Assembly: GCA_035084275.1 (NCBI GenBank)
Contig: CM068758.1
Span: 2,356,001-2,420,000, forward strand
Origin: Hydrolagus colliei
Lineage: Eukaryota
Length of the DNA: 64,000 bases
Reading direction: 5' to 3'
How positions within the stretch are numbered: position 1 is the first letter of the stretch; every line of letters begins with the position of its first letter. The notes beneath the pieces are model-generated. The model ran no database searches. It worked only from the letters and a program-made list of their open reading frames with translations, and had not been told where the DNA came from. The position numbers and the translations under genes are program-made. Positions 53,031-64,000 of this stretch are shown here, one piece after another.

Positions 53031-53308
53031 TGGAGCTCCTGTACCTCAGTGGTTAAAGCACTCGTCTCACAAGCCTGAGACCTGTGTTTCGAATCCAGGC
53101 AGGTCAGGGCAAAACCTTGGGCAAGTTTCCTTACTCCATAAACACGCCTAATTTTTCCGTCCAAAAAAAACGATGATAAATTGGCCATTTTCAATCCACG
53201 GCGGTTTGTGGGACTTTGCTGTGTGCAATTGGCTGCCACGTTTCAGCCACAAATATACAGAAGATGTGAAAAGCGCTATATCAAAAATGCAAGGATTATT
53301 TATTATTT
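53031..53308 (+). mobile_element. SINE with a 3' internal deletion
   Basis: Head, body and tail. Confidence 0.93.
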
Positions 53309-53344
53309 ATAAAACAGTTTAAAATAACAATAGCACCCATTTCA

Positions 53345-53770
53345 GTGTGAGGATGTGGGATGCCTCAGATAGCCATCTGATGAGGAATAAACTGACGAGT
53401 CTAAGAGCGAGATGGATAGGTACTCGGGCTATTAAGGGTTATGGAGAAAACATAGGAAATGGGATTAGAAGTCTAAAACCAGAAATTCCATTTAATCTAT
53501 CTCAAAATTTGGGGACTATTCTTAAATTCAAACTGAATTGAGATACAGTACTAGGCTTCCACAGTTCTTAAAAATAAACTAGTTTCCAATATTAAAATTC
53601 AGTTTAAGAATTATCCTCGGTACTAAACGTGAAGTCAAATTAGGTAGAATGTAGGTTTTGCCTCTTTTTCTAGGTTGAATTTAGAATCCATGACATCCAA
53701 TAAAATGATAGAACCCGCTTGATGGGTCAAATTGCTTTCGTTTCTATGATCCTTTGCTATTATTCTGTAA
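53345..53770 (+). mobile_element. Old CR1 3' end interrupted by an AT-rich palindromic insert
   Basis: GATGGATAGG...ATTAAGGGTTATGGAGA before the insert and CCATGA...GCTTGATGGGTCAAAT after it follow the same order as the CR1 3'UTR at 63882-64000. Confidence 0.6.
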
Positions 53771-54691
53771 GCTGTTAAACTGTTGCTTATAGGATATTTG
53801 CATGCACGGTGAGTATGAAATAATTGACGTCTTTATACATTTTGAATGTATAAATAGGGAAATTATTGATTTTATTGTATGTTTGGAGGGTTGCCTTCAG
53901 CTATTGCGTTCATTACACATTTATTTCTCCATTAGCAAAGAGACACCACTAACACACTGAAGCTTTGAAATAATTTTTTATTTAAAAATTAGGTGTGTAA
54001 TTGCTCTATTACTAAATTTATCACATTGACTACCCACTGTGCCTTGCAGAAAAATTACTCCTAATTATAAGTATTTCACCTTAGGAGGGCAATTTCTTAA
54101 TTAGTGTCTTTTATTCATTGAGCAAATTTGCACCCCTGCAGAATGGAATGAAGAACGACAGGTGGAGAATTCTGCCTTGAACTCTCCTTTGTATTTAATC
54201 ATAAGATCACCAGATTGGCTTGAATGAAGGGCTCCCATCTGATCTCCTTCCATAATACCCACCCTACCTTTTCCCCATCACAGCATTGAGCTATTTTTGT
54301 TTTAAAAAAACCTGGTCCTGTGTCTTAATAAACTGTTCCGGTCTTTAATTATCCTTTGGTAAAGGCAAATTATGGTATCTATCCTGAAATTGCCCTTTGC
54401 TACTCTAAACTTCTGTCCCTTGCTCTACTGTCTTGGGATCATGGTTGAGTTTTGCTCTGGGTTTGCTTTTTCAATCCCAATTAAAATTGTATTCACTGCA
54501 ATAAGGTCTCGCTGATATTTCGTCCTATCAGCTCCACCTTTTTTCTGTTGTGCTATTACTAAAGATTTTCCTCCACGTGTGAAACTTTCCAACAAGTCAC
54601 ATACTCTTCTGAGGCTATCCATGGTGACGGATGAGTTTACAATGACTCTTCCCTGGATAATGAAGAGAGGTTCAGGTGTAAAAAGCACCTT

Positions 54692-55090
54692 GTGGAGTCC
54701 TGTAGCTCAGTGGTTAGAGCACTCGCCTTTCAAGCGTGAGACCTGGGTTTGAATCCAGGCAGGTCAGGACGAAACCTTGGGTAAGTTTCTTTACTCCACC
54801 CACACGCCTAATAATAATCCCTCCCCCAAAAAACACAATAATAAAATTGGTCAATGCAATCCACGACTGTTTGTGGGACACTGCTGTGCTCAATTGGCTG
54901 CCGCGTTTCGCCCACAAATATACAGTCAATTCACTTTACAGTATACGTCCTCCCGACGTGAAAGGCGCTTTGTAAGTTTAAGTTGTTGTTGTTGTTGTTG
55001 TTGTTATTCTGTGAAGCACTTTGAGATGTCTAGAAGACGTGAAAAGCTCCATATCAAATTCAAGGATGATTGTTAAGTTATTGTATTATT
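54692..55090 (+). mobile_element. Full-length SINE containing a nested L2 tail
   Basis: SINE consensus is interrupted at 54946-55004 and then resumes. Confidence 0.95.
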
Positions 55091-56518
55091 ATATTTGAAC
55101 CTTGGAGAATACCCACCCAATACAGCGTCAATCTTTCTTAAATGAGTCCAGTGCCTTGGTTTTCCTACTCTCCTTTTTGGTTACCATTCCCCATGTTTCC
55201 TAGTATCTGTTCTAAATTGTCCTTCACAATCGGTTCCATTTTCTCCTCGCTGCTTTGGACTATGCTAAACTATTGTGACTTTCTCAATTAAGACATTGGC
55301 TTAAAAAGCACTTTTTGGAGTTGTTCCCCTTGTATTTTACTGTACGTTGACCCTTTTGAATCTCACAAAGCAATTTCAGTCTCAAGGTCGGAATGAATGG
55401 TACGAAAATCAAGAACGTGTTAAAATGGTAGGCAGCCCGAGAAATAAAACATAGGTGCTTGACTGCGAGAATCAGAGCGAATGGAGGCTCCTTCAAGCAC
55501 ATTTCGATCAGGAGCATGTAAGGCTCTCTACTAGTTTGTCTGCATAAAGTTTTGAGGATTGTCTCATTGACCTTTGAGAAAGTCATCGATCATTAACTCG
55601 GTCTGATTGATATTCAAGACTCTGTTTATGCAGATATTTTGCGGGGCATAATCTAATCGTCAATTCTGCTGCTCTGTTACAGAATGTCACAGCGTTACAT
55701 AATCTGAGCAGCTGCTGCTTTTAGACTCCACACCTATTCAATGCAGCGACTGTACACTGCAGATTCCAAAACACTAATGATCTCAATTCACCATTATCTT
55801 ACTCTACCATGCGCTAAGTTGCTTTTGGCTTCCTCTTGCTAAATCAATACTCCCATTCTGCCTAGAGACATAGATATCTTAAGTCACAGGAGGATAATAG
55901 CTGGATGTGGTCAGCTCATAGAGCTTAACAAAAGCCAACAAGCTCCCTGTATTGAGCGCTACAGTATTTTATCAATACAGGCGATGGTGTCAGATAGGTA
56001 GATCACAGCCAGAAAGATTGAATCTATGAACACATATTTCCTGCCTTCGTATCTAGCCCAGTATTATTGCAAAACCCCCGAAGGCTTATCAAAGATATCC
56101 AATAGAACTTACATTCCTGGATGATCTGAGACCCCGAGCGATGTTTTCTTGGAGGCAAATCAAGTCAAGGTTCTCCTCTGTGTCAAGAAGGATTTCACCG
56201 AACCCATTAATGACAGGACAAGCTTTAGAAAGTAGAACGGGGGAGATTTCCTTCCATCGAGTTCCCATGCGAACTGAACACAGCATATTGGCTTTCAGGC
56301 TATTCGCGGTCACAAACGAAACAAACTTTTCCCGTTTGACCTCAATTGTAATACGCTCTATAATCTGTGGAGATTTTGCTGCAATTGCTGCAAATAAATA
56401 AGTACACAGGACAGAATATATACATTACTCAAACAACCCAGTAAAAATAGTAATCCTGGCATTTGATATGGCAGCATGTCATGTCGTTGAGACGTCTCAA
56501 AACGCTTCACAGAATATA

Positions 56519-56820
56519 ACAACAACAACTAGGATTTATATCGCGCCCTCCCTCACTCCAACGCCAAACGGTGTCTCAAGAGCGCTTCACAATAACGGAT
56601 CCCGGGGCTGAGCCAGGGGGAGGGAGGAAAAAGGTGACCAAAAGTGTGGTCGAAAAAACAGGTCTTCAGCCATGACCTGAAAATAGGAAAAGAGGGGGTC
56701 GAGGGCGAAGAGAGTGAGGGAGCGAGTTCCAGAGCCTCGGGGCGTAGTGGCTGAAGGCACGGCCGCCGACGGTGGAACGGTGGATTCGGGGAGACAAGGA
56801 GGAGGCCAGAGCCGATAGAG
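56519..56820 (-). mobile_element. L2 ORF2 C-terminus, 3'UTR and (TTG)n tail, abutting a SINE tail fragment at 56445-56518
   Basis: PRIHRSTVGGRAFSHYAPRLWNSLPHSLR is the canonical L2 motif. Confidence 0.92.
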
Positions 56821-57439
56821 CAAAGTATGTACTGTCCTGAAAAATGCAGGCCTGAGTATTTTGTGCACATTGCACCCTCGTGTGATCCAAGCACCCAATT
56901 CTATTCACGTTTACCCTATTGAATTTCTGAGCATTTAAACCCGGCGTTTAATTTACGATATGTAGGCAACGTTTCGAATTCTTGGTTCTGTTCCTCAAGA
57001 CACAGTGTTCGTGTCTGCAAGGGAACGTCAATCATCTTTTGCGTATTAATAGTTTCTGGCGAAGCTTCCTATTTGCGGAACTAGGCGATGGGTTTTAATT
57101 TAGTTTCAGCTGCAAGCACGAGTGATCAAATAAGATTGCGATACAAACACAACAAATTGCTCGTTCACTTAGAATGCAGCCGGACAAAGATGCTGATCCA
57201 AATGGAATAGTTTGCGATCAATTAGTTACGCATCTCGATCAGGAGGCAACTGTGTTGATATCTAATTGTGGAATGATGCAGGGGTTTTAACCATCGGTCA
57301 CGGCCACAGTTCACCTGCGTATCGATTCAGCACAGCAGGTTTCGCTGAGAGCACGGGCCAAGTTACGAGCCGGTTAGGAACGGGATTGAGGGTTACCGTG
57401 ACAAATGCGGATAATAACCCTTCCATTTGGTACAGCGAC

Positions 57440-57735
57440 GCATCCGTCCTTTGATAAAACAAGGCCCTGTTGGACTGTACGGGTGGACACTGAAGAGCCA
57501 ATGGCATCTATCAAATAGAGAGAGGAGTTTATCCCAGTATCCGGGCCAACAACTCCCCTGACTAAAATTGTTCCCTCACTCTACGGCTGTTTGTGGGACT
57601 CTGCTGTGCGCAAACAGGCTGCTGTGTTTCGCCCACAAAACACACAGTCGATCCACTTTACAGCATATCCTGTGGTGCGCTTTGAGACGTCCTGACGACA
57701 GGAGGCGGGGCTGTATCAAACGCTAGGATTATTAG
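57440..57735 (+). mobile_element. Deu-domain SINE sharing its 3' half with the young SINE
   Basis: AAAACAAGGCCCTGT...GGTGGAC...ATGGCATCTATC...GGAGTT...GGCCAAC (Deu core), then GCTGTTTGTGGGAC...GCGCTTTGAGACG...GGATTATT. Confidence 0.75.
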
Positions 57736-58057
57736 ATCACGTCAGAACAATACGAATAATACAGTCAGACTAATCCATTATTCATTTGGCATTGCCACTC
57801 ATCACTTCGTCAAAGCGCTTCCTAGGATTCCACGCTAGTGATCAGGCATTTGTAGGCAAGTGGCTTGATGTTTTCCGCAAAAAAGAGCTCTACAAGGGTC
57901 GGCAGAGCCCTACAAGCTTGCTTGTTACCGCAGAAACAGCTACTATTTTAATTGGCTGCTCCGCACACATGTATTGCAGTAAAACACGTCTCGGTAGAGC
58001 AACGCTGCAGCACGATCGAAGATGGCAAAGCCCAGTGAAAACAGAGAGTATGTCGAC

Positions 58058-58412
58058 CGTGGCTCAATGGTTAGAGCACTCGCCTTTCCAAGAGAGAGAC
58101 CTGGGTTCCATTCCAGACAGATCAGGGCGAAACTTTGGGCAAGTTTCCTTACTCCATACACACACACACGCCTGATAATGAAATAAAATAATAATAAATT
58201 GGTCATTTCAATCCACGACTGTTTGTGGGACGCTGCTGTGCGCAATTGGCACATAGATGCAGTCAATTCACTTTACAGTAGATTCTGTGACGCTCTTTGA
58301 AACAACAACAAAATGTAACAAAATTTAATTTGTAAAGTGCTTTTCATGTCGGGAGGACATTTGAGGTCCCAGTGAGACGTCCAGAAGATGTGAAAAAGCG
58401 CTATTATTATTA
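58058..58412 (+). mobile_element. SINE containing an antisense nested L2 tail
   Basis: Consensus is interrupted at 58301-58372. Confidence 0.93.
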
Positions 58413-59394
58413 TGAATTTATGCAACGAGAGAGCCATTTGCTCTCCAGTTCCTCCCTTTCTACGCGGTGTAGAGTACAATGGGGTGCAATGCAATGGTCT
58501 CAGTGCATCTTCATTTAGTACAGAGAGAAACCAATAATTACATTCTTAATTAACTCAAAAATGATAGGAAAAGGCCGTAACACATGTCAGTTCAATTATA
58601 AATCCTTTAAGATTATGCTAAAATCACAAGGATAACAGCTGAATAACGAAACCATTCTTTTAATGATTATTTAATAATTGACGACAGTTCATGAATAATC
58701 AGACCGTTATTTTCATCGAACTTACACCGCCATACTATCTATTTGACAAATTTTTGCAAATTAATTCCTAACAAAACGTTGAATTTTTAAAAGGCAATCC
58801 ATCATCCCGTAGATATTGATATGAAATATGGGCAGAAATAGAAGACCAATTTCATAATTTCCTTCTGCGGGACTTGAAGACATTTAGCATTTGAGTGTAA
58901 AGGACATCGAAAGTGTCAACTATACTTTAGTTAATTTGTTAAACAGAGCCTCGTTTACTTCCATTGTTCTTAATATGATTTGTTTAACAAGTAATAAGAG
59001 GATCTGCTATTAATTGACTACAGCTATCGTGACCCTGCTGACAAATGCCAAGTTGCATTTAAGCTATGTTTACCATCTGGCTGCGTATTATGTATGAGAT
59101 GAAGCTTGTCATTATTTTTGTACTGAAAGAGGGCTTCAATAATTGAACAGAATTAACTCTTCCAGAACTATGTACTGTGTGCTGCGTCTGTGTGTGTGTG
59201 TGTATGGATTGTACTACGATGCGCTGTCAATTATTTTGGCTGTATCCATCCTCCAGAATAATTTGAATACACATTCACTGAACATTCCTGATCGGAAATT
59301 CTGTTACTTTTACAATAGGAAAAGGTGGTGTGCAGGGCATGGGAATTGCCATATAAAAACTGCTACCTGCTTGCAGTGCAATTATTCCGGTGGT

Positions 59395-59585
59395 AATAAT
59401 CCTTCCCCCCAAAAAATGTGTTCACTCAATCCCTGACTGTTTGTGGAACACTGTTGAGCACAATCGGTTTCACCCACAAAATACACAGTCGATCCACTCT
59501 ACAGTATATTGGGTGAAATGCTTTGGGACGTCTCAATGAATGTGATATATCAAATGTGAGTATTATTATTACTGTATTATTATTA
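59395..59585 (+). mobile_element. Degenerate 5'-truncated SINE
   Basis: Family body and tail. Confidence 0.85.
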
Positions 59586-60299
59586 ATAATACAATCCAGC
59601 AGGTGTTGTGTAACAGGCAACGCATGCGTAACCTGTAAAATTCATGTAAACTCATCCCGAGTCATTTATTGAAGTTGAGAGCAGAACTGAGAGTCGAGCT
59701 GTTTTCCTGCATTTGAACATGGTTCGCATGATATACAAGACGTTCAAACGATGAAGCCCCTTTGACTCATTTGATCTCATCCTTTCAAAATACCCTCCCT
59801 ACAGTTCCCATTACACCATGCTTTTTGTTATACACACACACACACACACACACACGAGTCCTAGCCTCAAACACCTTTCCTGATCTCACTTGCTCTACCC
59901 AGCCTTTCTTCCCTTTGTTCATTAGTTGCACAAATCAAACATTGTTGTTGTTATTGTTCAAACCATTTTTTTTTATGAAACCAATGAACTTTCCAACAAA
60001 AATAGTTTGACGTGGTTACTGATTCAAAGTGTGCAGCAGTTCTGTGGCTTCACACTCCAAAGCTTATGTTTCCTGCTACATTTGGCTGTGTCTAATTAAC
60101 TAAAACAGCCAATTAGGCGCACAGCCGTTTGTAACGAGAGACTGGGAGAGAGTGATATGGCTGTGATACTCTTGACAAGTCACTCATGCTGTATTATGTT
60201 ATTATATGTTTGGACTGATAGGAGAGGCAGTTGATAGGTGGAATAGGAGTCAATGGAGCGCTATACAATGTACTATACAAATTTGCTTGAAAGATCTCA

Positions 60300-60750
60300 T
60301 TGCACTCCAACAACAACAATAACACAATTATATTTGTACAGAGCCTTTCACCTCAGGAGGACGTCTCAAGGTACTGGACAGTCAGTGTTTCGGACCCGAA
60401 CAGGGGTCGGGATCAGGGAGGGTGGAGGGAAGGGAGGGCTATGGGGTTTGCGGGATGGAATTCCAAAGGTTGGGGGCAGAGTGGCTGAAGGTTTGCCCTC
60501 CGATGGTGGGTGGGTTGGGGAACTTAGAGCAGGCCAGAGCATGTTGAGCAGAGGGAGCGGACAGGTTGGTAGGTGGGGGTTAGGATGTCGCAGAGGTAGG
60601 GTGGAGAAAAGCCATAGAGGTGCTTTAAAGATGAGGTCCAGGATCTTTAATTTAATCCCCTTGAGTGATGGGAAGCCAGTGGAATCGAGCGAGAATGGGG
60701 GTGTTAAGAGTCACGGAACCTGGGGTCGGAGAAGACACTGGCTGCGGATT
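60300..60750 (-). mobile_element. L2 ORF2 C-terminus, 3'UTR and tail
   Basis: Minus strand reads TPILARFHWLPI..., then KILDLIFKA and a later LWNSIP-like segment, with frameshifts; (TTG)n tail. Confidence 0.88.
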
Positions 60751-60759
60751 GAAAAGAAA

Positions 60760-60985
60760 TGGGAGTTTCTCCTAGGATCCAAAGATTCCTAGGCCAACAA
60801 TTTCCCCCGAGATAAAATTGGCCATTCACTTCATTGGCTGCGGGATATCGCTGTGTGCAAATTGGTTGCAGTGTTTACCCACCAAATCAACTGTCAGTAC
60901 ACATCATAGTAACATGCTATGAGGCTATTTGCAACATTTTGATCAGGTACTGAATAAACTGGAAGGATTTATTAGTTATTATTAT
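60760..60985 (+). mobile_element. Old Deu-type SINE 3' half
   Basis: GGGAGTTTCTCC...GGCCAACAATTTCCCCCGAGATAAAATTGG...GCTGTGTGCAAATTGGTTGC. Confidence 0.65.
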
Positions 60986-61306
60986 GACATTGGCGCTCAC
61001 GATAACTAACAAGAGGGACAAGCAGGAAGGGCACTCAGTAATTTCTATATTGCAACGCGGAAATTCCAACGGATGGAGGAAAAACTGTCGGAATAAAAGA
61101 AGATGAAATCTTGAGTCAAATGAAAGGTGGCCTCGCCTGGATTTTGAGTGGCAATGGTTTCATTGAGCACTGAGATAGTATCAACAGGTGCGCGAGACAT
61201 TGGATTGAAATGAGGAAACGCTGCAAGACGAGAAATCACACAACGGCCGGCAACCACTGCAGGAACTCACAAGGTGAGCGACATGGGGGGGAAGGGGTGA
61301 GAAAGA

Positions 61307-61616
61307 GGTTACCGCTCGATAGTCCGAAGGTTTGTTAGTCCGAAGGTTCATTAGTCCGAAGGTTCGTTAGTCCGAAGCTTCCCCTAACCCTAACCGTAAC
61401 TCTAACCCAAACCCTAAGCTTAACCCTAACCCTAACCTTTGGACTAATGAATCTTCGGACTATCGCACCAAATGTTCGGATTAACAAACCTGATTTCATT
61501 GTCGGTTCGGACTGTCGAGCGGTAACCACGGTAACCGCCCCGGGTATAGGAAATTTCTGTGTTCGGACGATCGAACCTTTGGACGATCGAACCTTCGGAC
61601 TATCGAGAGCCCCCCC
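61307..61616. mobile_element. Non-autonomous TIR element (MITE) with 16-bp subterminal repeats and internal (CCCTAA)n, plus an adjacent second right-end fragment
   Basis: GGTTACCGCTCGATAGTCCGAA at 61307 and TTCGGACTGTCGAGCGGTAACC ending 61527 are inverted repeats with one mismatch in 22 bp. Confidence 0.8.
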
Positions 61617-62279
61617 GAGAAAGAGGGGTGGGCGGAGAACGCGGGCCCTAATTGCGAACGGAAAACCCCGAGTTCCACGTTTCGCTCCATTAGAGTTACA
61701 AATGGTAGAGCTGAGAGAAGAGGTGAGTGTGAAGTGCAGCGATGCTTTCAACAACAACAACAACAACTTATATTTAAAGATGACAAGATACACTGTTGAA
61801 AGCCTTGAGGCTTGGCAAAAAAAAAAAAAATTCAAGTGTGAGAGAAGGGAAGAAAGCAGCAGACGTGTGGGAGTGGATGTAAACTCTTTGCCGCGGAACA
61901 GAACAAAGGAAAGGCTGGCATCTGCATCGGTAGGTAATCTGGCCTCTTTTTTTCTCTCTCACAATTAAACGCTAGGTTAAATCAAAGTCCCACCTGGGGG
62001 AAGAGACTTGTCTGTCTGTGTTCAGCGAGGCCTCCATCATCGAGAGCCCGAGAGGAAGAGAAGGGTGAAATGAACTGCAGGGGCAGGAGGAGAAAAAGAA
62101 AGAGAGAGGCGGGGGGAGAGAGAGAGAGCATCTGAGCTGAAACACGCTGTGAAAAATTTGGTTGCAAGAAGCAATGAGAAACCAAGGAGCTTAGCAACTT
62201 ATTACCAATCAGCCATAACGGCAATGGATCTAATCATAGCGCTCCTTACTGTGTTCAAGGAAGGCCCACTCATCCACCC

Positions 62280-62560
62280 CTCACCAGAAGGTAATATAGT
62301 CTAGGTCTGACACTCCACCGCAGTGCTGCAGTGTGCTGCAATGTCTTTCGGATAAAGTGTTAAACCGTGTGCGTGTATAAGCGGAGGCTACGCATCCCAT
62401 GGCACTATTTGACAAGCGAAGGGAATTTTCTCCCGATGTCCCGTTCTTATAATTCCCCAAACAGAATGAGCCGCTCGCATCTTGTAGGACTGCAAATTGG
62501 CTGCTTTGTTCGAGCGCACAATACACGGACTCCCTTTACAGCAAGAATGCGCGAAATGCC
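62280..62560 (+). mobile_element. Old SacSINE1-like Deu SINE
   Basis: CTAGGTCTGACACTCC...GTCTTTCGGAT...TTAAACCG...ATCCCATGGCACTATTT...TTCTCCCGATGTCC matches the Deu core. Confidence 0.78.
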
Positions 62561-62754
62561 AAACCCTGAAATGTACAGGACCCCATTGACTGCCAATGCG
62601 CAAACCCTCCCAACTTGCTCACCAGTGGATAGCTGCATCTCCCCTCAACTCCCAGATCTGGCATTCTCTAGCCTCAGCTTTCACTGTTGGGCTGGCTCTG
62701 TTTGGAGGGTGTAGAGATGGGTCAAAGATTGCTTTGAATCTAGGCCCCTCCAGT

Positions 62755-63091
62755 TAATAATAATAATAATAATCCTTGCATGTGATATAACGCTTTTCAC
62801 ATTTTCTAGACGTCCCAAAGCGCTTCACAGAATATACCGTGAAGTGAATTGACTGTATATTTGTGGGCGAAACGTGGCAGCCAATTGCGCACAGCAGTGT
62901 CCCCACAAATAGTCGTGGATTGAAATGAACAATTTTATTATTGCGTTTTTGTTTGGAGGGATTATTATTAGGCGTCCGTGTGGGTGGAGGAAGGAAACTT
63001 GCCCATGGTTTCGCCCTGACCTGCCTGGATTCGAACACAGGTCTCACGTTTGTAAGGTGAGTGCTCTAACCACTGAGGTGCAGGACTCCAC
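62755..63091 (-). mobile_element. Full-length SINE
   Basis: All modules intact. Confidence 0.96.
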
Positions 63092-63475
63092 TTGTCCACT
63101 GGCTGGTCAAGGCTCTCCATTCCCATGTGCTCGGGGGTCTAATCCTGCGAAAAGCACTATCCCAGAGGATGGGATTTTGTGGGGGTGAATTTGCACATTA
63201 AGGTTAAGCTTTCTGTTAGTGATACTCAGGCCAGGGAATAGGCTTCACTAATTTTTCTCTCTCAGTTTCTGATTCACACTCCCAAGAGACTGGCACTTTT
63301 GCTGGGTGTGAAGCGCAGAGGTTGCATTACGCCAATGCAATAATCTGTTAAATAAACCAAGTCTAAATGTTGAGGAAATGTACATCAAGCAAAATAATTG
63401 GATTAAATGCAATTTTTATACAAACCACTCTCGGCCTGTTTTGCTTATTTTTGATATCACTGTATTTTGAATTAC

Positions 63476-63727
63476 GATAAAAATAATAATAATAATCCTT
63501 ACATTTGATATAGCGCCTATGTCTCAAAGCGCTTCACAGAATATACTGCAAAGTGAATTGACAGTATATATGCGGACGATTCGCGGCAGCCAATTGTACA
63601 AAGCAGTGTCCCCACAATCGTGGATTAAAACTGACCGATGATTATTAAGCGTGTGGAGTAAGGAAACTTGTCCAATGTTCCACCCTTGTAAGGCGAGTGC
63701 TCTAACCACTGGGTTACAGGATTCCAC
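63476..63727 (-). mobile_element. SINE with several deletions
   Basis: Head, partial body and tail. Confidence 0.92.
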
Positions 63728-63881
63728 ATACTCAGTATATCTTTGCTTTGTCCCATTATAGTTTTCTAATTATGGATTAATGTGTTTGGGTTTTGTTGAG
63801 TATTCTCTGCAGGGACCTCCATATACTGGTTTGATATCTTGTATTTTGTTCTCAATACTGTACATAGAAATTAACTTGATG

Positions 63882-64000
63882 ACTAGATTTCTTGTGGATA
63901 AAGGGATTAAGGGATATGGGGATAAGGCGGGTAGGTGGAGTTAGAATAGATCAGCCATGATCTTATTGAATGGCGGGGCAGGCTCGAGGGGCCGAAAGGC
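63882..64000 (+). mobile_element. CR1 3' end running off the window
   Basis: AAGGGATATGGGGATAAGGCGGG...GATCAGCCATGATCTTATTGAATGGCGGGGCAGGCTCGAGGGGCCGAA is the classic shark CR1 3'UTR. Confidence 0.9.

Noticed and set aside
54692-54765. tRNA-like sequences with A and B boxes and a TGC/TAC/TTC anticodon-like loop at SINE heads
   Set aside because: They lack a proper acceptor stem, vary between copies and always continue into the SINE body, so they are SINE heads rather than tRNA genes.
61320-61377. Short direct repeats resembling a CRISPR array
   Set aside because: The units are contiguous with no spacers, there are no cas genes, and the context is eukaryotic.
1-64000. Recurring similar ORFs such as [10 protein letters not shown]...AIGC and ETCPRFRPDLPGFEH
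   Set aside because: These are translations of SINE copies in various frames, not a gene family.
1-64000. UGCAUG RBFOX-binding motifs as an autoregulatory cluster
   Set aside because: I saw only scattered CATGCA hits, about the number expected by chance for a hexamer in 64 kb, with no cluster near the exon.

Overview
This window is vertebrate genomic DNA, almost entirely non-coding, and not prokaryotic. The repeat content points to a cartilaginous fish, most likely a chimaera such as Callorhinchus; this is inferred from recalled repeat families, not from a search. One credible coding exon was found, on the minus strand at 7381-7479. It encodes MQHPLSGATCVALPNVGLCPQLSCALTFMYLQQ and ends at a phase-0 CAG|GTAAGG donor. 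I recognise it from memory as an alternative first coding exon of the RBFOX family, most likely RBFOX1. If so, the next exon lies beyond the left edge and the rest of the window is upstream or intronic sequence of that very large gene. The window is dominated by roughly 40 full-length or partial copies of a tRNA-derived SINE with an L2-type tail. It also holds older Deu-domain SINEs, L2 and CR1 LINE 3' ends, a Penelope-like fragment with a decayed hammerhead, a TIR element carrying (CCCTAA)n, microsatellites, one 200-N gap and repeat-free AT-rich blocks that may be conserved enhancers. Nearly all ORFs in the track are spurious. I found no convincing new biological system. The best leads are RNA-structure, splicing and retroelement observations. 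Repeat boundaries were read by eye and are approximate.
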